Shown: positions 39,576 through 48,355 of the stretch, piece by piece
Numbering within the stretch: the stretch's first letter is position 1
Layout: each line of letters begins with the position of its first letter
From: Flavobacterium sp.
GTDB lineage: Bacteria; Bacteroidota; Bacteroidia; Flavobacteriales; Flavobacteriaceae
Length of the DNA stretch: 64,000 nt
Direction of reading: 5' to 3'
Assembly (NCBI RefSeq): GCF_024642105.1
Contig: NZ_JAHEBT010000056.1
Span: forward strand, 22,531 to 86,530
Notes under the pieces: model-generated
Database searches by the model: none
What the model was told of the DNA's origin: nothing
The model's input: only the letters and a program-made list of their open reading frames with translations
Made by a program: the position numbers and the translations under genes

Positions 39576-40025
39576 TTATAGTTTTTGAGTGCAATACTTT
39601 TTATTGTGTTTCCCTGCAATGACTAAAGCTCCTGCAACTAACACTAAGTTTTTGATAATGTATTGACCAACTAAAGTCGGACGATAGGGGAAAGCATCAA
39701 AACAAGCATCTGTTAGTATAAAAAGAGGGAAAATAGTAGCTACCATGTGTAGCAACAATAACAAAACAGTAATAGGTACAAATCGTTTAATTAATAGTCC
39801 CAAACCAATTAGTACCTCGCAGATTCCAAGTACAGGAATAAATATTTCCGGTTTGAACCAAAAAACAGTGTGTTCTACCAGATCCCCAGCGGGACTTAGT
39901 CCAATTATTTTTAAACCGCCAAACCAAATGTAAACAATAGCTAAGGCAATACGCATTATGATAACACTGTGTTTTTCTATTTTTTCGCTAAATGAAAAAT
40001 AAAATGAATTAAATAATTGTGTCAT
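39576..40025 (-). CDS. DoxX-like membrane protein
   Basis: MRIALAIVYIWFGGLK and GQYIIKNLVLVAG; about four TM helices. Confidence 0.75.
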   Translation of the reverse strand: MTQLFNSFYFSFSEKIEKHSVIIMRIALAIVYIWFGGLKIIGLSPAGDLVEHTVFWFKPEIFIPVLGICEVLIGLGLLIKRFVPITVLLLLLHMVATIFPLFILTDACFDAFPYRPTLVGQYIIKNLVLVAGALVIAGKHNKKYCTQKL

Positions 40026-40143
40026 AGGAGTATATTTTTAAAAATTTGTATTTAATTTAATCTCAAGCAAATACTAGATATTTGCTTGAGATTAGTTGAA
40101 AATAAAACAAACCACGTATTAAAATTTTCAACTTAAGTATGAT

Positions 40144-41688
40144 TTATTCTGCACCGTCAATACGGGCTCTTGTAACTGCAAATCCACCAACAGTTTCACC
40201 TAAAAGCAATCCTTTTTCACAATCACTTCTATAATGAATGGCCCCAAACAAACGTGAGTTGGATGCGTCTTTTGCTAAAGCTTTGAATTCTTCTGCTTTA
40301 GCAGGAATTATATGTGATAATACAGTAGCTGCCGCTCCACTAAAAGTAGAATGCCCGGATACATAGGCTGGAAAATTTGGAACACCAGTTAACGTTTTTA
40401 TAGAGGAATCCATTTGTGTCGGTCTTGGATTAAAATAGTAATATTTAGCATCCCAACAACTGATAGCCGCATCCATTAAAGAAAGGTTTAGCAGAGCCAT
40501 ATTTCTAGCCCAACGTACTTCGCTATAATTTTGTGGTACGAAAGCATCAGCAGCAATAGCATTCCAATGTCCAGGAGGAGTATAAGTTCCCACTCCGTCA
40601 GCCCAAAACGTAACAATTTCCATTTGTTTTCTAGTCGCATTTTGACTGAATGATTTTACTTCTGCTAATTCCGTAGCAAATTGGGTTGATCTCGTTGACG
40701 GAGGCGGTACAGGACGACTTGCTACTACATCAGATGATGACATTAAAAACGAACGAACATTTCCAAATAAAGGCAACATAGGAGGTCTAACAGGTAAATC
40801 CAAAGACAACCAAGGCGTTTCTCCTGTAGCAGTTGTTTGGGTTTGTAGCTGTGTCCAAATGGTCTGATTTCCTACAGCAGCTCCCATCCCGTCACCAGCC
40901 GCTCTTGAAATGTATTTTGCAGCAATCTTTCTACCCAAGGTAATTCCGGCTTCCACATCACTTCGTACGTTAGCCCCACTGATAATGCGATATAATTTTT
41001 CTTCCTCTGCTTTTCCGTCGATATACGCAATTTCAGTAGGAAATAATAATTTTAACAATTCTACTGTAACTCCCGCCAATACGCCGTCTTCAGATGGATA
41101 AGAAGGCAAGCTGCTCTTTGGAATTAACACATTTAAGGTGTTATCTGCTACATACGGGGCCACTCGATTATATAATTTTTTATAATGCCAGGCAGCTACC
41201 AAAGCATCATATTGAGCTGCACTTACGTAGGCATAAGCACGTGCGGCATATGGCGGATTTGAAAAAGGGAAAGGGGTGTTTGCAAATGGATTAGCTGCGG
41301 AAGGAGTTGGATAACTTCCATCTGCATTTTGATAGGGTGGTAGATTATGTCTGGCAACTAAGGTGCGCATAATCTCGTTCCAGCGTAAAACACTTCCAGC
41401 ACTCCAATATTTAATAATAGCTTTTTGTTCATCGGTAATATTGGCTTGATAGCTTTTAATTTCGTTTAATTCTCTAGTAAAGGAAGCATTTGTAGTCGCT
41501 ATAGGAGCATCTAAGCTGAATTCGTCTGGAGCAGATAGTAAAATTGTTCGCCAAGTCCCTGCTAAATCATCTTTATTAGAAGAAATTAGCGATGGATAGC
41601 TTTCAGAACGATCATAAATTTCATTGCTGCAAGAAGAAAGTAGGGCTAATGAAATAAAGCCAAAAAGAGTTATAATTATATTTTTCAT
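40144..41688 (-). CDS. PAP2/vanadium haloperoxidase-like lipoprotein
   Basis: Lipobox LLSS-C; catalytic motifs KYYYFNPRP, YVSGH, SRLFGAIHYRSD. Confidence 0.85.
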   Translation of the reverse strand: MKNIIITLFGFISLALLSSCSNEIYDRSESYPSLISSNKDDLAGTWRTILLSAPDEFSLDAPIATTNASFTRELNEIKSYQANITDEQKAIIKYWSAGSVLRWNEIMRTLVARHNLPPYQNADGSYPTPSAANPFANTPFPFSNPPYAARAYAYVSAAQYDALVAAWHYKKLYNRVAPYVADNTLNVLIPKSSLPSYPSEDGVLAGVTVELLKLLFPTEIAYIDGKAEEEKLYRIISGANVRSDVEAGITLGRKIAAKYISRAAGDGMGAAVGNQTIWTQLQTQTTATGETPWLSLDLPVRPPMLPLFGNVRSFLMSSSDVVASRPVPPPSTRSTQFATELAEVKSFSQNATRKQMEIVTFWADGVGTYTPPGHWNAIAADAFVPQNYSEVRWARNMALLNLSLMDAAISCWDAKYYYFNPRPTQMDSSIKTLTGVPNFPAYVSGHSTFSGAAATVLSHIIPAKAEEFKALAKDASNSRLFGAIHYRSDCEKGLLLGETVGGFAVTRARIDGAE

Positions 41689-41689
41689 T

Positions 41690-42592
41690 TTATTTTGTAT
41701 TGAAGTTGATGATATAAAAGAATCCTGCGTATACAGTATTCGTTTGACCTACATTACGTCCGTCTAGGACACGATTGAATCCGCCTACAATTGATAGCGC
41801 TTCTTTTTTAGGGAAAGTATACTTGGTATGAACACCAACTTTAAGTGCATTCATAGTATTGCTAGGAAATGGCATATTGTTTTTTGTAATATCAAAACCA
41901 CCTTGAGTCACTTGATTATCTACAATAGCTTCGGCAATCAAACGATTAGAACGATACCCCATTCTAAAATTAACATTGATTACATCAGGCATGACTACCT
42001 CATTAGAATAAACCATTTCGGTTGTGAAATAGGCATTTCGATCAATTGTAATTTTAGCTCTTTTTAAATAAGCACCAGATAGCGTGGTGAAAAAGTGACC
42101 TCTTTGATAATCTCCCATCAAACGAAAAGTTCCTGTTCTACTTTGTAAACCAATGCTTAATGGTAGAAAGTCAGCAGCATAGTTTGTTGTTGGAATCGAA
42201 ATCCCTGCAATAGTGTATAAAGAATAAGTAGCTCCTCCAATAGTCTTTTCGATTGGCATGTATTTCACCGTTGCTGAAAAATCTTGCAATCCATTTTGCC
42301 CTTTTAAAGTACCTGCAGAAGCCTTGCTAGTAATATAAGGCAAACTCACAATAACGTTCAATTTATCAGAAAGACCATAGTTAGCATTTACGCTGATATT
42401 GTTATTCGAGACTGTTCCTAAATTTTGATTGTCTCTTTTGAAGCTGCCTTCCCAATAGTTGTTCCAAGCACTGTACTGATAGACTGCTCCGGTACAAAGT
42501 TGATTTTTACTCATCATAATACCGTCGATTTCGGTTTGAGCGTTGGCGAATAAAGAGCCTAATAGTAGGCAACAGAAGTAAATTTTTTTCAT
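41690..42592 (-). CDS. Putative outer-membrane beta-barrel protein
   Basis: Signal peptide from MKKIYF, alternating beta-strand pattern, aromatic-rich C-terminus; 1 nt from the next gene. Confidence 0.6.
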   Translation of the reverse strand: MKKIYFCCLLLGSLFANAQTEIDGIMMSKNQLCTGAVYQYSAWNNYWEGSFKRDNQNLGTVSNNNISVNANYGLSDKLNVIVSLPYITSKASAGTLKGQNGLQDFSATVKYMPIEKTIGGATYSLYTIAGISIPTTNYAADFLPLSIGLQSRTGTFRLMGDYQRGHFFTTLSGAYLKRAKITIDRNAYFTTEMVYSNEVVMPDVINVNFRMGYRSNRLIAEAIVDNQVTQGGFDITKNNMPFPSNTMNALKVGVHTKYTFPKKEALSIVGGFNRVLDGRNVGQTNTVYAGFFYIINFNTK

Positions 42593-42913
42593 TTTTTTAG
42601 TAATTGGTTGGGTCTTAAAAATGAATATTCTGTACTCTATTTTTCTGAGAATTAGAGTAGGCATAAGCTTCCTATTAATTTAGGATAGCTCAATAGAATA
42701 TTTATTTTTAAGAAAAATAAATAGAAAATGTAATAATGAATTAGACGTGTAGAATTACCCTTAAAAAAGGGTTTACGCCAAAGGTTTACACCAATTTACC
42801 AATGATGAAAATGTATTAAAATATTTGATTTCAAATGCACTTGTATTAGTCATATAAATACAACTATTCCTGCTGAAAAATCAATCAATTCGTAAATGGG
42901 TTAAAACCGAAAA

Positions 42914-43453
42914 TTAAATAAAATCCGGAGGGGAATAAGGTAAGGAAAGATGTCCTGGATTAGTAAAGTCAACTCCATTGGTTGTGAATAAACTAATAGA
43001 AGCAACTGCTTTTGTTTGCATAGGAATGCTCACTTCAGGATTGTCGATATAATCTTTGATAAACGATTTTAATAATTTTTTTACTGGAGAATCTTTCGAA
43101 GATCCACTATTGAATAATTGATTATCCACAATGTCATTCAAGTCTTTACTAACTGTATTTTCGTTGGTATTAGGCAAGTAATACAAACTCAAAACATTGT
43201 CTTTTACTTGTTTTTTAAAGATGTGATAGCTTTTGTTATTGATAATTACATCTTCATTCACTTCTTCAAATTCGGTATCATCGGCGAAGGAATACAAAGA
43301 AGCATTCAAACGCATTACACGAAAATCAGTATGACTCGTTTTTTCCATACGCGCTACCCATGCTTGCTGTTCTTGGTAAGCAAACATTAAATAATAACCT
43401 ATCATGTTATAGAACAAGGTTACGATTAAAAAAAGGGTGGCTATTCTTTTCAT
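42914..43453 (-). CDS. Hypothetical protein with an N-terminal TM/signal segment and a C-terminal PP motif
   Basis: 179-aa ORF ending SLPYSPPDFI; upstream TACTTTCG promoter-like element at 43459-43466. Confidence 0.7.
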   Translation of the reverse strand: MKRIATLFLIVTLFYNMIGYYLMFAYQEQQAWVARMEKTSHTDFRVMRLNASLYSFADDTEFEEVNEDVIINNKSYHIFKKQVKDNVLSLYYLPNTNENTVSKDLNDIVDNQLFNSGSSKDSPVKKLLKSFIKDYIDNPEVSIPMQTKAVASISLFTTNGVDFTNPGHLSLPYSPPDFI

Positions 43454-43538
43454 TGTGCCGAAAGTAGAAAACTATTTGATTGGCTTGCCCTTTTAAGATT
43501 CTATTTTAACATTTTTTTAACAAAAACAAAGTGATTCC

Positions 43539-43562
43539 AAAATCGAAACCGATTTCGATTTT
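43539..43562. promoter_or_regulatory. Palindrome upstream of bioF (candidate operator)
   Basis: AAAATCGAAA-CCGA-TTTCGATTTT between divergent genes. Confidence 0.35.
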
Positions 43563-43616
43563 TCCAATCATACAAGTTTCTAAATTTCAAGAAACCAAAA
43601 GATCAAAAAATTGCCT

Positions 43617-43624
43617 TATTTTTG
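43617..43624 (+). promoter_or_regulatory. -7 promoter element of the bio operon
   Basis: TATTTTTG, 6 nt before ATG 43631. Confidence 0.5.
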
Positions 43625-43630
43625 TCGAGT

Positions 43631-44779
43631 ATGAAAAAATTACCTGTAACTCTTTCAGATAAATTAGCACTTCGGTTGCAAAACAACGCACTAAGGCAGT
43701 TGCCAAAAGCTTCTGGCTTGGTTGATTTTGCTTCGAATGATTATTTGGGTTTTTCCAATTCCAGTGTAATTTTTGAAGCTACACATCAGTATTTGTTAGA
43801 CCATAATCAGAAACAAAATGGCGCTACCGGTTCCCGACTGCTTTCGGGGAATCATACTGTTTATCATACTGCTGAAGACTATATTGCTCAATTTCACCAA
43901 GCACCAGCAGCCTTAATTTTCAATTCGGGATATGATGCGAATGTGGGATTTTTTAGTGCCGTTCCTCAAAAAGGAGATTTGATTTTGTACGATGAATTGT
44001 GTCATGCGTCCATTCGTGACGGAATCCAATTATCGAATGCAAAAGCCTATAAATTCCAACACAATGACTTGGAAGATTTAGAACGATTGTTAGTTCGACA
44101 TCCGGATACGACTATTTATATTGTTACCGAATCGGTTTTTTCAATGGATGGTGATACGCCTAATTTGGAAGAATTAGTCCAATTGGCTGAAAAACACAAA
44201 GCCTATGTAGTGGTTGATGAGGCACATGCTTTGGGAGTTTTAGGCGAAAAAGGAGAAGGGTTGGTGCAAAGTCTAAATTTACAAGAAACTGTTTTTGCTC
44301 GAATCATGACTTTTGGCAAAGGATTGGGTTGCCATGGAGCTGCCATTCTAGGAGGAGAGGATTTAAAAAGTTATTTGGTTAATTTTGCTCGGAGTTTTAT
44401 CTATACAACGGGTTTATCACCCCATTCGGTTGCGACTATTTTGACCGCTTACGAGCAGTTGGAGAAAGCAACGGATAGCCAACAACTATTAAAAAATAAC
44501 ATCGCTCATTTCAATCAAGAAAAGAATCGGTTGAGTTTAAAACCGTTGTTTGTTCGAAGTAAATCGGCTATTCAATCGGCTATAATTCCGGGGAATGAAA
44601 GAGTCAAAGGCATAGCACAACAACTGCAAAGTAAGGGGTTTGATGTGAAACCCATCTTGTCTCCTACTGTTCCAGAAGGGCAAGAACGCTTACGGTTTTG
44701 TTTGCACAGCTTCAATTCAGAACAAGAAATAACCGAAGTATTGCGATTGTTGAGTACTTTTGTTTTTAGCCACGGATAA
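43631..44779 (+). CDS. bioF: 8-amino-7-oxononanoate synthase
   Basis: FASNDYLG, GATGSRLLSG, DELCHASI, TESVFSMDGD, VDEAHA, TFGKGLG, RPILSPTV-like tail; last codons come from the inserted repeat. Confidence 0.93.
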   Translation: MKKLPVTLSDKLALRLQNNALRQLPKASGLVDFASNDYLGFSNSSVIFEATHQYLLDHNQKQNGATGSRLLSGNHTVYHTAEDYIAQFHQAPAALIFNSGYDANVGFFSAVPQKGDLILYDELCHASIRDGIQLSNAKAYKFQHNDLEDLERLLVRHPDTTIYIVTESVFSMDGDTPNLEELVQLAEKHKAYVVVDEAHALGVLGEKGEGLVQSLNLQETVFARIMTFGKGLGCHGAAILGGEDLKSYLVNFARSFIYTTGLSPHSVATILTAYEQLEKATDSQQLLKNNIAHFNQEKNRLSLKPLFVRSKSAIQSAIIPGNERVKGIAQQLQSKGFDVKPILSPTVPEGQERLRFCLHSFNSEQEITEVLRLLSTFVFSHG

Positions 44780-45243
44780 AACGGATTTTACAGATTTACA
44801 CGGATTATTATGACTACTTTATTACATAAAACAATTACCGATGCAGTCTTAAAAATATACTTTGATGTATATAATCAACTTGGATCTGGGTTTCTTGAAA
44901 AGGTGTACCAAAATGCAATGTATTTTGAATTAAAGAATAAAGGGTTTAAAGTAGAAGCTCAAAAACAAATTAAAGTATATTTTAGGAAACAACTTGTTGG
45001 GGAGTATTATGCCGATTTAATAGTTGAAGATAAGGTTATTGTTGAATTAAAAGCGACTGAATTACTTATGAATGTCCATGTGGCTCAAACATTGAATTAC
45101 TTAAAGGCGACAGAAATTGAAGTTGGGTTATTATTAAATTTTGGTGAAGAACCTGAATTCAAACGCATGATATATACAAACAACAGAAAAATTAATTTAA
45201 AAAATCAGTGATAATCCGTTTCATCCGTTTTATCCGTGGCTAA
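44766..45243. mobile_element. Putative minimal mobile cassette: GxxExxY gene between 41-bp inverted repeats
   Basis: TTAGCCACGGATAAAACGGAT (44766-44786) is the exact reverse complement of 45223-45243; the full arms match at 34 of 41 nt. Confidence 0.7.
44810..45211 (+). CDS. GxxExxY protein (PD-(D/E)XK-like nuclease fold)
   Basis: GFLEKVY motif (44888-44908), ADLIVEDKVIVELKA, GLLLNFG; 133 aa. Confidence 0.92.
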   Translation: MTTLLHKTITDAVLKIYFDVYNQLGSGFLEKVYQNAMYFELKNKGFKVEAQKQIKVYFRKQLVGEYYADLIVEDKVIVELKATELLMNVHVAQTLNYLKATEIEVGLLLNFGEEPEFKRMIYTNNRKINLKNQ

Positions 45244-45244
45244 T

Positions 45245-45865
45245 ATGAAATTATTTATAACAGGCATTTCGACCGATGTAGGCAAAACAATTGCTTCGGC
45301 AATTATTGTGGAAGCGCTCCACGCGGATTATTGGAAACCCATCCAGGCAGGCGATTTGGAACACTCGGATACGCATAAAGTACAAGATTTGATTTCGAAT
45401 ACACAATCACAATTTCATCCGAATAGCTACGCTTTGCAAACTCCGGCAAGTCCTCATTTAGCTGCTGCAAAAGACGGAATAACTATCGATTTGAACCAAA
45501 TTCAAGAACCTCAAACCAAGAATCACTTGGTCATTGAAGGAGCGGGAGGCATTTTGGTTCCGCTTAATGAAACACAATCGGTGGTGGATATTATTCAATC
45601 GGATTATAAAGTAATTGTGGTGTCGCGCCATTATTTAGGCAGTATTAATCATACTTTATTGACGGTAGAAGCCCTACAAAACCGAAAATTATCCATTGCA
45701 GGAATTATTTTTTCTGGCGAAGAAAATACAAGTTCTGAATCTATAATTTTAAACAGAACAGGTTTGCCGTGTATTGGCAGAATTGCCCAAGAACCGTATT
45801 TTGATACCAACGTCATAGTAGAATATGCCGATTTATTTCGAGAAAACCTTTTGAAATTGCAATAA
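45245..45865 (+). CDS. bioD: Dethiobiotin synthase
   Basis: ITGISTDVGKT, WKPIQAG, IEGAGG, LGSINHT. Confidence 0.96.
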   Translation: MKLFITGISTDVGKTIASAIIVEALHADYWKPIQAGDLEHSDTHKVQDLISNTQSQFHPNSYALQTPASPHLAAAKDGITIDLNQIQEPQTKNHLVIEGAGGILVPLNETQSVVDIIQSDYKVIVVSRHYLGSINHTLLTVEALQNRKLSIAGIIFSGEENTSSESIILNRTGLPCIGRIAQEPYFDTNVIVEYADLFRENLLKLQ

Positions 45866-45867
45866 CA

Positions 45868-47166
45868 ATGTCAAAATTCAATAGCAAAAATCCAATGAGT
45901 TTAACCGAAAAAGACAATCAATTCCTTTGGCATCCCTATACACAGCATAAGACCGCTTCGGCTCCTATTGCCATTACAAAAGGGAAAGGCGCATTGTTGT
46001 GGGATGAAAACGATAAAGAATATATTGATGCGATTGCGTCTTGGTGGGTGAATCCGTACGGACATTCTAATACCTACATTGCTGATGCGATTTACAAACA
46101 ACTGACTACTTTAGAACACGTGCTTTTTGGCGGATTTACGCATGAACCTGCTGTAGTTTTGGCTGAAAAATTGATGGCGATTTTACCCAAAAATCAACAA
46201 AAATTATTCTTTTCAGACAATGGATCTACCGCTGTAGAAGTGGCGATTAAAGTGGCGTTGCAGTATTTTTTCAATAAAGGAGAAAAGAAAACAACGATAA
46301 TTGCTTTTGAAAATGCCTTTCATGGCGATACTTTTGCGGCTATGGCAGCGAGTGGTATTTCTTTTTTTACAGATGCTTTTCAAGGAATGTTTATTGATGT
46401 AATTCGGATTCCTGTTCCTGTTGTTGGACAGGAAGAAGTTAGTTTTAACGCTTTGGCGAAAGCCCTAAAAATCCACCATTGTGCTGGATTTATCTACGAA
46501 CCTTTGGTACAAGGTGCCGCAGGAATGGTGATGTATGAACCCGCTGCTTTGGATACCTTAATTCGAATGTGTAAAGAAAATAAGGTGTTGACCATTGCTG
46601 ATGAAGTGATGACGGGATTTGGCAAAACAGGAAAAACCTTTGCATCGGATTATTTGGTAGAACAGCCCGATATGATGTGTTTGTCCAAAGCCTTAACAGG
46701 CGGTACGATTCCGATGGCAATTACGACCTTTACCCAACCTATTTTTGATACTTTTTATGACGAAGATATTAATAAGGCCTTGTTTCACGGACATACGTTT
46801 ACGGCGAATCCGACAGGTTGTGCGGCGGCTTTAGCGAGTTTGAAATTGTTGCAAACTCCTGAAATGCAAGCCAATATTTTGCGAGTAAATGCGAATCATT
46901 TGGCTTTTGAAAAACGGGTTAAATCACATCCAAAAGTAGTAACTACCCGAGTGTTAGGCGTTATTTTTGCTTTGGAAATCAAGACGGAATCGGCTGCAAG
47001 TTATTATGGAAATTTGCGTAACAAACTCTATAATTTCTTTATTGAAAACGGGGTGGTATTACGTCCTGTGGGCAATATTGTGTACATTTTGCCTCCTTAT
47101 ATAATTACGGACGAGCAATTAGAAAAAGTCTATCAAGTGGTCGAAAGTGCTCTTGAAATAGTGTAA
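45868..47166 (+). CDS. bioA: Adenosylmethionine--8-amino-7-oxononanoate transaminase
   Basis: WHPYTQH, DAIASWWVN, DNGSTAVEVAIK, IADEVMTGFG, LSKALTGG, HGHTFTANP. Confidence 0.96.
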   Translation: MSKFNSKNPMSLTEKDNQFLWHPYTQHKTASAPIAITKGKGALLWDENDKEYIDAIASWWVNPYGHSNTYIADAIYKQLTTLEHVLFGGFTHEPAVVLAEKLMAILPKNQQKLFFSDNGSTAVEVAIKVALQYFFNKGEKKTTIIAFENAFHGDTFAAMAASGISFFTDAFQGMFIDVIRIPVPVVGQEEVSFNALAKALKIHHCAGFIYEPLVQGAAGMVMYEPAALDTLIRMCKENKVLTIADEVMTGFGKTGKTFASDYLVEQPDMMCLSKALTGGTIPMAITTFTQPIFDTFYDEDINKALFHGHTFTANPTGCAAALASLKLLQTPEMQANILRVNANHLAFEKRVKSHPKVVTTRVLGVIFALEIKTESAASYYGNLRNKLYNFFIENGVVLRPVGNIVYILPPYIITDEQLEKVYQVVESALEIV

Positions 47167-47168
47167 TT

Positions 47169-48341
47169 TTGCATAAAAATAGTCCTTTGTCACCAACTAT
47201 CTCCATAACGGCCATTGCTTCTGTTTCTCCTTTGGGGAATGAACCAGAAATTATTTGGAATAAGTATCAAAATCCTAACCCGTGTTTTCAAAGTCGGTTT
47301 TTAGATCAAAAAGAGACTTGGGTAGGTCCTTTGGATGAAGATTCAAAAGCGCAAGTTGCGGCTTTGAGACAATCCGATATCAAATACAAATCCTTAGACA
47401 ATTCCGTTTTGTATGCTATGTTGGCTTCTCGTAAGGCCATTGCCAAAGCGGGTTGGTCAAAAAACGATGTTTTCGGAATTAATATCGGTTCGTCTCGTGG
47501 TGCCACCGATTTATTTGAACAACATTTTCAAGAATACATCACAACGGGCAAAGCACAAACCTTGGCTTCACCCACCACTACTTTAGGGAATATTTCCTCT
47601 TGGGTAGCGCACGATTTACAAACTGATGGTCCAGAAATTTCGCATTCTATCACTTGTTCTACGGCTTTACATGCGGTCTTGAATGGTGTAGCTTGGTTGC
47701 GTTCGGGAATGGCAGATAAGTTTTTGGTTGGCGGTAGCGAAGCTCCTTTGACTGATTTCACAATTGCCCAAATGCGTGCCTTAAAAATTTATTCTCGAAG
47801 CGAAGAACACTACCCGAATCGTGCGTTGGATTTAGATAAAACGCAAAATACCATGATTTTGGGTGAAGGTGCTGGCGTTTGTTGTTTGGAAATTGGGAAA
47901 AAAGAAAATGCTTTGGCTTACATTGAAGGCATTGGTTATGCTACCGAAATTTTAGAACACAATATTTCCATTTCTGCGGAGGCAGATTGTTTTCAAAAAT
48001 CCATGAAAATGGCTTTGGCAAACACAGATGTATCCGAAGTAGATGCCATCGTAATGCACGCTCCTGGAACTATTAAAGGCGATTTGACGGAATACAAAGC
48101 CATTGAAAAAGTATTTGGCAGCAAGCTTCCTTTATTGACCACCAACAAATGGAAAATAGGACACACGTTTGGTGCTTCGGGCATTTTGAGTTTGGAGTTG
48201 GCTATTCTAATGCTGCAACACAATCAGTTTGTGGGCGTTCCTTTTGTAAAAGCGGAAACACCAACAAGACCTATCAAAAAAGTACTGGTAAATGCCGTTG
48301 GTTTTGGAGGTAATGCGGTGAGTGTGTTGTTGTCAATTTAA
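47169..48341 (+). CDS. FabB/FabF-type beta-ketoacyl synthase-like protein in the bio operon
   Basis: Cys-His-His triad (ITCST, MHAPGT, KIGHTFGASG) and NAVGFGG; TTG start 2 nt after the bioA stop. Confidence 0.85.
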   Translation: MHKNSPLSPTISITAIASVSPLGNEPEIIWNKYQNPNPCFQSRFLDQKETWVGPLDEDSKAQVAALRQSDIKYKSLDNSVLYAMLASRKAIAKAGWSKNDVFGINIGSSRGATDLFEQHFQEYITTGKAQTLASPTTTLGNISSWVAHDLQTDGPEISHSITCSTALHAVLNGVAWLRSGMADKFLVGGSEAPLTDFTIAQMRALKIYSRSEEHYPNRALDLDKTQNTMILGEGAGVCCLEIGKKENALAYIEGIGYATEILEHNISISAEADCFQKSMKMALANTDVSEVDAIVMHAPGTIKGDLTEYKAIEKVFGSKLPLLTTNKWKIGHTFGASGILSLELAILMLQHNQFVGVPFVKAETPTRPIKKVLVNAVGFGGNAVSVLLSI

Positions 48342-48355
48342 ATTGTTTTTTTATT

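Noticed and set aside
42770-42802. Direct repeats GGTTTACGCCAA/GGTTTACACCAA as a regulator binding site
   Set aside because: Only two good copies, no cognate regulator nearby, and it cannot be distinguished from chance by eye.
44755-45255. Target-site duplication around the GxxExxY cassette
   Set aside because: No clear direct repeat outside the inverted arms; only the TTA/TAA ends, which belong to the arms.
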